64,000 bases of DNA from Candidatus Puniceispirillales bacterium (GTDB taxonomy: Bacteria; Pseudomonadota; Alphaproteobacteria; Puniceispirillales; GCA-002684695). The position numbers and the translations under genes were made by a program. Positions 56,730 to 64,000 of this stretch are shown piece by piece (positions within the stretch are counted from its first letter, which is position 1; each line of letters begins with the position of its first letter). The stretch covers positions 3,154 to 67,153 of the forward strand of contig JBJLFF010000002.1 in NCBI GenBank assembly GCA_045565515.1, in the 5' to 3' direction. Below the pieces are notes generated by a model that saw nothing but the letters and a program-made list of their open reading frames with translations, did no database searches and was not told the origin of the DNA.

Positions 56730-59425
56730 TTTAGCTGATATCCTTCATAACTAAGTATAGACATAAATTCATCTTCATCAATCCCAAGGTCTACTTCAGG
56801 AAGTAATAAAGTTGTTAATTTAACCTCTAAGTTTTTTGTAAAACCTGAAGGTAGAGCATCATGTAGCTTCTTGTCTACATATCGAACTTTTACAAAATCA
56901 ATCCCCGCCCTTTTAGCTCCACATTGGAATGTTTTATAATTTTTATCATTATCATTTGATGCAAAACTATATATTTTAGTATTTGGTATTAAACCATTAT
57001 TTAAATTCCATTTTGATTTTGATTCTGAGATTCTATCTCTCAACCAATTTTGGACATAAATATTGTCCTTTAAATGTCTCGAAGAATTTTTATTTTCAAG
57101 AATATGCTCCATTGATTGAAGAAGCCTAGTCATAAGTAGTTTTTCATCCCGAGTTTTAGCATTGAAGTTATCCATTCTTGGCCCAACTGGAAATGAGGAA
57201 TTCCATCCATAATGACCATCCCAATTGCTAATCCAACTGTTTTCCCAAGATGTAAATATTGGGGGATTGCTAAAGCCGTGTCTAACTTCAATACGGTTTA
57301 AATTTTTCCATTTTTTTTTCTTTTTTGAATTTATGTCAGTACCAAATCTAATTTGTATACCATTCCAAAATTTCTCATTTAATTTAACCCCATAAAATCC
57401 AATATTTATGTCAGCCCACTCCTTTGTTTCAAAATCTTTGGGAATATAATTAATAATAATTGTTTCAACACCGAGTTGATCCTTTACAAGATTTTTATAA
57501 AAAAGATCTAGTTCGTCATTATATTTATTCGTAACTTTTGATAATAACCCCTTAGATCCTTTATTAATTTGCGCTATTCCAACTTCTTCAAGATTAAAAC
57601 ACATTTCAGCTAGGTTAGTGACATTCTTCTCTAACCCATTATTATCAAGAAAATTGTGAATGTCTTCTTGCAAAGTTAATTTTCTTGTGCTTTGAAAAAT
57701 ATTAGAAATATTTTGATCTGATATCAAATATTTACAAATACTATTTAGCTTAATCTTCTTATTATTCGGAAGATAATTAAAAAGTTTTTTATAAGTTCCA
57801 TCTTTTATAGATGATTTACCGATAAAAAACCTACCAGGTTGATTTTTGTAGCTTAATTTAGTTGGAATTTTAAATGATTGTTCGTCTAATCTAATCGCAT
57901 GAAAAGAATTTTTTTTGAGATTAGCGTCTAAACCAATAGTGAATGTTTCTATTTTGTCTGAAGTGTCAGTAGTGCCCAAAAATTTTAAATAAAGCATTAG
58001 CCACTTGCCTGTTTTGTATGGTGTAATTTTAACATCATTTATTTTAAACTCGGAAATTTGCCTCTGATTTATTTTCTTTGATAGTTGAGTTTCAATAAAA
58101 TGGTTTTTTAATTTTGACATTCTTTTTTCAAGTAACTGTCCTGCTAGCCAGTCTTTTCCAGTTGGCCATCCAGCAATATTTGGGGGATTAAAAAGGTCTT
58201 GGCCAAAATCTTTGGACAAAAATATTAACCAACTAATATTTAATTGATTTTGCCATTTAGCCACTCCTAGAGTTCTTGCTGCACCATAGATAAGTTCAAT
58301 TGGACTTTTGATAAGAGTTAGTTTGTTTTGTTTATCCCAAAAACTCTCTAAGCTTATTGTAGCTTCGAAAAGTTTGATAATGTTAAAGTTATTTTTTTTG
58401 AAAGTTGTCACTAATATAGCAAGATCATCTGTATCTGGTTCACCGAGCTTCACAAATTCATTATAAAACTTTTTTCCAATGAATTCACCAAAAGCTGGAT
58501 GATTAACAACTATATCAATAAATTCATTAGGCTTATCAAATTTTTCACCAAAAGCAGATAATGTTTGCCCAGATTCTTTATATTTATAATATTGAAAATC
58601 CTGAGATACATGGTTTATACTATGACCAGGCAGTTTTTTTGCAAAATTTTTGATCTCATTCTCAGAATAATTCCCTTCACCCAATGAAAATAATTCTAAA
58701 AATTCTCTAGCAAGATTTTCATTAGGCTTCTGAGTAGTACTTTGCTCATTATTCAAATATACAATTATTCCTGGATCTTTAATTGATTCTTTTAAAAATG
58801 TATCAAAGTTTCCAATTGCATTTCTCCTTATAAATTCAAGATGACGTACAAAAGAATGAGATTGATCATATTCATCAAATGCTACTGAAAAATGATCAAG
58901 CCAAAGCAACGCTAATTTCTCAAATTGTGGTATTGAGTTTTTTAAAATCGACTTAGACCACTTAAACTCTAAGTCTGTCCTAAAAGAACTTACTCTGCAA
59001 TCTCTTTTATTTCTTCTGAGCCCATCCTCAATAAATGTCGTGGGTGTATAATTATTTTTCCAATCTGGCCAGTCAAAATCGTCTTGGTAGTTTTCAAGTT
59101 CCTGAACAACTATTTTAATGGCCTCTTTTCTTGTTTTTCCTATATATCTTTTAACTCTATCATAGGGTGCTCCTATTCCAATTCGGTTTTCAAATCTAAC
59201 AGCCTCTTTAAGAGTTATTTTTTTATCTAAATGTGATAGGTTTATTTTTTTTAGATCATATATCAAATCATTTCTTTTTTTGGGTTTTTCAGTTTTTAGC
59301 ACCTCTGCTGAGGTAATAACACCCCCTTTAATTTTGACAGCTGATAAACTTACATTCGAAAATAATAAAAAAATAACTAAGTAAAATGATAATAAAGTTT
59401 TAGTATTTGAAATGATTGAGCTCAT
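56726..59425 (-). CDS. DUF1800-family protein with large C-terminal insertion
   Basis: EKL.L.W.DHF, YLNN, PNENLAREFLELFSLG, KSP.E, PPN.AGW, terminal YQLK. Confidence 0.85.
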   Translation of the reverse strand: MSSIISNTKTLLSFYLVIFLLFSNVSLSAVKIKGGVITSAEVLKTEKPKKRNDLIYDLKKINLSHLDKKITLKEAVRFENRIGIGAPYDRVKRYIGKTRKEAIKIVVQELENYQDDFDWPDWKNNYTPTTFIEDGLRRNKRDCRVSSFRTDLEFKWSKSILKNSIPQFEKLALLWLDHFSVAFDEYDQSHSFVRHLEFIRRNAIGNFDTFLKESIKDPGIIVYLNNEQSTTQKPNENLAREFLELFSLGEGNYSENEIKNFAKKLPGHSINHVSQDFQYYKYKESGQTLSAFGEKFDKPNEFIDIVVNHPAFGEFIGKKFYNEFVKLGEPDTDDLAILVTTFKKNNFNIIKLFEATISLESFWDKQNKLTLIKSPIELIYGAARTLGVAKWQNQLNISWLIFLSKDFGQDLFNPPNIAGWPTGKDWLAGQLLEKRMSKLKNHFIETQLSKKINQRQISEFKINDVKITPYKTGKWLMLYLKFLGTTDTSDKIETFTIGLDANLKKNSFHAIRLDEQSFKIPTKLSYKNQPGRFFIGKSSIKDGTYKKLFNYLPNNKKIKLNSICKYLISDQNISNIFQSTRKLTLQEDIHNFLDNNGLEKNVTNLAEMCFNLEEVGIAQINKGSKGLLSKVTNKYNDELDLFYKNLVKDQLGVETIIINYIPKDFETKEWADINIGFYGVKLNEKFWNGIQIRFGTDINSKKKKKWKNLNRIEVRHGFSNPPIFTSWENSWISNWDGHYGWNSSFPVGPRMDNFNAKTRDEKLLMTRLLQSMEHILENKNSSRHLKDNIYVQNWLRDRISESKSKWNLNNGLIPNTKIYSFASNDNDKNYKTFQCGAKRAGIDFVKVRYVDKKLHDALPSGFTKNLEVKLTTLLLPEVDLGIDEDEFMSILSYEGYQLK

Positions 59426-59445
59426 ATATTCTTATAAATGTTGAA

Positions 59446-59521
59446 TGGCAGGAGCGATAGGACTTGAACCTACAACCCCCGGTTTTGGAGACCGGTGCTC
59501 TACCAGTTGAGCTACACTCCT
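59446..59521 (-). tRNA. tRNA-Trp(CCA)
   Basis: AGGAGTG acceptor stem, CCGGT-CT-CCA-AA-ACCGG anticodon arm, GGTTCAAGTCC, CCA end; 76 nt. Confidence 0.97.
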
Positions 59522-59944
59522 ACAGTAAGTTCTACCAAGGGATACAGCGATTTCTTTGATAAATCAATAGAAGATTTTTTATTTCTATATGTATATCAGG
59601 GTGCGTCAACATCATGAACACATAATCTCATGTTATTTAGGCACTTATTTCAATTAGCCTTTCTAAGTAGGCAGTGTTATCTCAAAAAATAGAAAAAGAG
59701 TGATAACATATAGTAATAACGATAGAAGGGAGAAACAGGTTATTAAATATTTTCTTTACTTGTAAATTGCTTCTAATAATTTTGGCTTAATTATGAGTAT
59801 TTAAAAAAGTTCTCATCTTTAGATAGGATTAATATAGTAAATTTGAATTCTTACTCATTATTATATCAATACTTGAAGCTTTAATTCGTTTTATTCTAAA
59901 AATATTATTTTAAATTAATATAACCATTTTCAGTTATAAATTTT

Positions 59945-60715
59945 TCATTTTTCAACGAAAGATTTTTCAAAAACAATTTCCCCTTTAATACTACTGTTAC
60001 CCTCTTTACAACCTAATTTTTCTGTAAAGTATTTTTTAAATTCTATGTTCATTGGCATAGATCCACAAACCATAACTCTGTCTTTTTCTTTATCGAAATT
60101 TTCAATGCCAAGTTTTGTTTGAATTGAACCATTATATATTACTGTTGATATTCTGCCTGTATTCTTCCACTTTTCACGCGTTACTGATGGATAATAATAA
60201 AATTTATTTTGAATTATATCTCTTAAGTTCTTGTCATGATTGAGTTGTTCTAAATATTTGTTATAGCCTAATTCTTTGGCAAACCTTGTGCTCCATAATA
60301 ATATAATTTTTTCATAATTATCATAAGTTTCTATACCTCTTATAAGGCTCATAAATGGCGCTAAACCGGTTCCAGTAGCGAGCAAATACAAATTTCTTCC
60401 AGGTTTTAAATTATCAAGCACCAAAGTCCCAACAGCTTTTGTATTTGTAATAATTTCATCACCTATTTTTATTAATTGTAATTTGCTGGTGAGAGGCCCA
60501 TTTGGAACCTTTATAGAAAACCATTCCATAAATCTTTCATAGTTTGGTGAAGCTACCGAATATGCTCGTAGTAGAGGTTTACCCTCTATTTCAAGTCCAA
60601 TCATTAAAAATTCACCATCACGAAACCTTGTTCCAGGATTACGAGTAGTTTTGAAACGAAACAATCTATCTGTAAAATGATTTATTTCAATTACTTTTTC
60701 TTTAACTATTGCCAT
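59945..60715 (-). CDS. fpr: Ferredoxin--NADP+ reductase
   Basis: RAYSVAS, GPLTS, TGTGLAPF, MVCGS, E..FV. Confidence 0.92.
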   Translation of the reverse strand: MAIVKEKVIEINHFTDRLFRFKTTRNPGTRFRDGEFLMIGLEIEGKPLLRAYSVASPNYERFMEWFSIKVPNGPLTSKLQLIKIGDEIITNTKAVGTLVLDNLKPGRNLYLLATGTGLAPFMSLIRGIETYDNYEKIILLWSTRFAKELGYNKYLEQLNHDKNLRDIIQNKFYYYPSVTREKWKNTGRISTVIYNGSIQTKLGIENFDKEKDRVMVCGSMPMNIEFKKYFTEKLGCKEGNSSIKGEIVFEKSFVEK

Positions 60716-60866
60716 TTATATTTCTAAATAAAACTTTTTATTGATATGAAATAGATTAATAACAATGCTTGTCAATCAGATAAATAAAAATATAATTTTT
60801 AAGTAAATTATAAAATTACGATGTGGAAATAATTATTATATAAAGTTTAAAATTTTAGGAGTTTGT

Positions 60867-61235
60867 ATGTCAGTTTTTCAAAAGTTACAAAGTTCAATTA
60901 ATGAATGTGATTTAAATGGTTATCTTGAACTTTTACACTCAGATTTCATTTTTTTAAGACATCAATATAGCAAAGAACTTAACAAAGAAGACTGGACACC
61001 AATTGTTTCAGATATGTTTAAATCAATGGCAGAAGGAAAGCTTTCATTCGAGAAAGCAAGATGTATATATGAAAATGACGAAATTTTAATTTTACATCAC
61101 ATTGGGATATTCCCTGACAATACAAGGGAGGCAATTTTAGAGGTCCATACAATAAATAATGGTAAAATAATTAAAACTGAAACAGGTGCCACTAGAATTG
61201 ACAGAGAGAAAAATCAGTATCAAATTCTTAAATAA
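60867..61235 (+). CDS. NTF2/SnoaL-like protein
   Basis: AGGAG RBS; LLH.DF.F.RH, RC.YEND.IL..H, ETGAT. Confidence 0.65.
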   Translation: MSVFQKLQSSINECDLNGYLELLHSDFIFLRHQYSKELNKEDWTPIVSDMFKSMAEGKLSFEKARCIYENDEILILHHIGIFPDNTREAILEVHTINNGKIIKTETGATRIDREKNQYQILK

Positions 61236-61393
61236 TTAAAGCTATGCATCTTTTTGTATGGCTTTAAATTTAAATAAATATTAATTGTTGAGAAAAAAAT
61301 TTACTAAACACTATTTATCAACACTATGAAATTTCTTTTATTTTTTTTTGTTAAGTGTATTTTTAGATAAAACAACAAATTGGATGATTAATA

Positions 61394-61816
61394 ATGATTA
61401 AATATGCTCTGTTTTTATTTTCAATTATTTTTTTACCTTTTCATAGTTTTGCCGAAACAATTGAAATTGAAATGCTTAATAAATTAGGCAAGGAAAAAAT
61501 GGTCTATTCAATTAAAGTAGCAAAGATCAATGTTGACGACAAAATAATATGGAAATCAGTAGACAAAGGCCATAATGTAGAATTTGTTGAAATGCCTGAT
61601 GGTGTAAAAAAATTTAAATCAAAGATAAGTAAAGATGCTGAATATGATTTTAAAATTCCAGGAATTTACTTGTACATATGCACCCCGCATAAAGCGATGG
61701 GAATGATTGGTTTAGTCGTTGTTGGAAATGACTTAAGTAATCTTGATAAGATCAAAAAAGCCAAAATGCGTGGGAAATCAAAAAAAATATTTAAAGAGTT
61801 ATTAAAAGAGCTTTAG
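61394..61816 (+). CDS. Pseudoazurin (type-1 copper protein)
   Basis: Signal peptide; EMLNK, DKGHNVE, CTPHKAMGM copper ligands. Confidence 0.9.
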   Translation: MIKYALFLFSIIFLPFHSFAETIEIEMLNKLGKEKMVYSIKVAKINVDDKIIWKSVDKGHNVEFVEMPDGVKKFKSKISKDAEYDFKIPGIYLYICTPHKAMGMIGLVVVGNDLSNLDKIKKAKMRGKSKKIFKELLKEL

Positions 61817-61844
61817 ATTGAATGTTTTAACAGTTCACAAATAA

Positions 61845-62207
61845 ATGATTTCTAAATCGCGAATATTAATAAACTACATAGCAGTATCAATTTTTATTTT
61901 TTTGGCTAATTATTCTTTAGCTGCGAATAATCTTGTAATGGTAACTTCTGAATATTGTATCTATTGCCAAATTTGGGAAAAGCAAATAGGAAAAATTTAT
62001 CCTAAAACAGATATAGCAAAAAATTATCCCCTAAAAAGAATAGAACTAGATGACTTTTTAAAAGATCATTATTACAATGTCGAAAAGACAAATATAACAC
62101 CAACTTTTATTTTTTTTGAAGACCAAAATGAAATAGGAAGAATTACAGGCTACTCAAATCCTGAAATGTTTTGGTGGCAAGTTGATGAAATTCTTCAACG
62201 TGAATAA
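61845..62207 (+). CDS. SoxS-like periplasmic thioredoxin-fold protein
   Basis: CIYCQIW, YPKT, TPTF, EIGRI.GY, FW; sox context. Confidence 0.8.
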   Translation: MISKSRILINYIAVSIFIFLANYSLAANNLVMVTSEYCIYCQIWEKQIGKIYPKTDIAKNYPLKRIELDDFLKDHYYNVEKTNITPTFIFFEDQNEIGRITGYSNPEMFWWQVDEILQRE

Positions 62208-62280
62208 TCATTTGATTGATTAGATCAAATTTACTATATAATTAATATCAATAGAATATTATTTGTCCATGAGGATTTAA

Positions 62281-62745
62281 ATGAAATTAAGAAAATTATA
62301 CAAAGTTTCAAGAAGAAGTGCATTATTTTTGATAAGTGGTTTTGCAGGGTCAGCTATTTTACCATCATTATCCTTTTCTCAATCTAATCAGGCTCTAAAA
62401 AGAATTGATGAAATTACAAATGGATTGGGTGCTGAAGAGAGTGATATTTATCTTGATTTACCTGAAATTGCAGAAAATGGTAATCAAGTAAAAGTTAGTT
62501 TTGAAATGGATAGTCCAATGACACAGTCTGATTATATTAAATCAGTCTATATTCTTTCTGATGGCAATCCTTCACCTAATGTAGCAAAATTTTCTTTTAC
62601 TCCTGAAATGGGATCATGTTCTGCTACAACAAGAATGAGATTATCGAAAACACAAAATGTATTTTTATTGGCTGAAAAAAATAATGGCCAATTTCTAATG
62701 ACAAATGCAAAAGTAAAGGTCACTATCGGTGGTTGTGGCGGGTAA
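62281..62745 (+). CDS. soxY: Sulfur carrier protein SoxY
   Basis: Tat SRR signal; PEIAENG, C-terminal VKVTIGGCGG. Confidence 0.96.
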   Translation: MKLRKLYKVSRRSALFLISGFAGSAILPSLSFSQSNQALKRIDEITNGLGAEESDIYLDLPEIAENGNQVKVSFEMDSPMTQSDYIKSVYILSDGNPSPNVAKFSFTPEMGSCSATTRMRLSKTQNVFLLAEKNNGQFLMTNAKVKVTIGGCGG

Positions 62746-62758
62746 TTAAGGAGTTAAT

Positions 62759-63085
62759 ATGTCTTCAATAAAACCAAGAGTTAAAGTTCCTAAAGAAGTT
62801 TCAGTGGATGAGATTATTGAAATTAAAACATTAATTCGTCATCCAATGCATAGCGGAAGAATGAAGGATACGGACGGCAAAACGATACCAAGACAAATAA
62901 TCAACGCCTTTAGCGCAAAATTTAATGGTAAGAAAGTATTCCAAATGGAACTAGAACCTTCTATTTCAACAAATCCATATATTGTCTTTCAATACAAAGC
63001 TAAAGAAAGTGGTACTTTTGATTTTGAATGGTTAGATGATAGCGGTGAAAAATACTCAATTTCAAAGAAAATGATCGTTTCTTAA
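62759..63085 (+). CDS. soxZ: Sulfur carrier partner SoxZ
   Basis: IKTLI.HPM.SGR.KD..G..IP, S.NP, F.W.DD.G. Confidence 0.95.
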   Translation: MSSIKPRVKVPKEVSVDEIIEIKTLIRHPMHSGRMKDTDGKTIPRQIINAFSAKFNGKKVFQMELEPSISTNPYIVFQYKAKESGTFDFEWLDDSGEKYSISKKMIVS

Positions 63086-63087
63086 AG

Positions 63088-64000
63088 ATGAATAAAAAAA
63101 AACAAATAAAAAATAACCCAATCAGTAAAAAACTAAATCGAAGACAATTAATTACTGGGACTGCTTCTTTAGGAGCAATTGCATTAGCTCCCAAAAAGAT
63201 TTTTTCACAAGATACGAACCCAGAGAATCTTCCTCCAAATCTTCCTGAATGGACACAGTATCTTGGTGACGGTGTTGATGTAAATCCATATGGAGTACCT
63301 TCAGAATATGAAGCTCACGTTATCCGAAGAAATGTCGAGTGGTTAACAGCAAGTGCAGAATCATCTGTTAATTTTACACCGCTTCAAGACTTAGAAGGAA
63401 TTGTCACACCAAACGGATTATGCTTTGAAAGACATCATGGAGGAGTATCAGTAATTAATCCAAATGATTTTCGTTTAATGATAAACGGATTGGTGGACAG
63501 GGAAATGATTTTTACGCTTGATGATTTAAAACGTTTTCCTCAAACTAATAAGTTTTATTTTCTTGAATGCGCAGCTAATGGCGGAATGGAATGGAGAGGT
63601 TCACAGCTTAATGGATGCCAATATACTTTTGGAATGGTTCATAATGTCCAATACACAGGCGTAAAATTATCAGATCTTCTGTTAGAAACTGGCTTAAAAG
63701 ATAAAGCTAAATGGGTTCTAGCTGAGGGAAGTGACTCTTCAGGTATGACAAGGTCAATACCAATAGAAAAATTATTAGATGACTGTATTATAGCATGGGC
63801 AATGAATGGAGAAGCTTTAAGACCAGAGCAAGGATACCCTGCAAGGCTTGTTGTTCCAGGATGGGAAGGCAATATGTGGGTAAAATGGATAAGGAGACTT
63901 GAGTTCGGTGACAAACCCTACATGACAAGAGAGGAAACGTCTAAATATACTGATCTACTTTCAAGTGGAAAAGCCAGAATGTTTACTTGGGTTATGGACG
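63088..64000 (+). CDS. soxC: Sulfane dehydrogenase molybdo-subunit SoxC (truncated by window end)
   Basis: Open frame from ATG 63088: Tat LNRRQL, NFTPLQ, TPNGLCFERHHGG, FLECAANG, LRPEQGYPARL..PGWEG. Confidence 0.93.
   Translation, partial: MNKKKQIKNNPISKKLNRRQLITGTASLGAIALAPKKIFSQDTNPENLPPNLPEWTQYLGDGVDVNPYGVPSEYEAHVIRRNVEWLTASAESSVNFTPLQDLEGIVTPNGLCFERHHGGVSVINPNDFRLMINGLVDREMIFTLDDLKRFPQTNKFYFLECAANGGMEWRGSQLNGCQYTFGMVHNVQYTGVKLSDLLLETGLKDKAKWVLAEGSDSSGMTRSIPIEKLLDDCIIAWAMNGEALRPEQGYPARLVVPGWEGNMWVKWIRRLEFGDKPYMTREETSKYTDLLSSGKARMFTWVMD

Noticed and set aside
59556-59568. TTGAT/ATCAA palindromes here and at about 62216-62228 as FNR boxes
   Set aside because: Spacers are 2 and 3 nt rather than the 4 nt of the FNR consensus

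Overview
AT-rich chromosome segment of an alphaproteobacterium; protein sequences and gene order suggest a streamlined marine lineage such as low-GC SAR116/Rhodospirillales-like (inference). (1) 1-11.2 kb is a genomic island at the 3' end of tRNA-Leu(GAG), continuing past the left edge. It carries a DUF6538-type tyrosine integrase, a compact 463-aa protein with family-A/T7-RNAP-like polymerase palm motifs, an Xre regulator and many secreted or membrane ORFans. (2) 11.3-46.5 kb is core genome: lipB, ATP12/HAD/RluA/rarA, the alpha-spc-S10-str cluster, rpoBC, rplKAJL, nusG and secE. (3) 46.7-59.5 kb is an accessory block between secE and tRNA-Trp (TRAP, GGT-family hydrolase, RraA-family aldolase, GhrA, DUF1501/DUF1800). 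(4) 59.9-64 kb holds fpr, pseudoazurin and a reduced sox cluster (soxS-Y-Z-C). The strongest candidate for an undescribed system is the island's inverted-repeat architecture. An 85-bp perfect copy of the tRNA 3' end/att region is inverted rather than direct, so the integrase module looks like an invertible promoter switch. Separately, a ~190-bp structured element (~90% identical) forms inverted repeats around the 8.5-kb polymerase-encoding cargo. Single-base frameshifts in homopolymers of adk and rplA warn of possible sequencing errors. Family assignments come from recognised motifs, not database searches.
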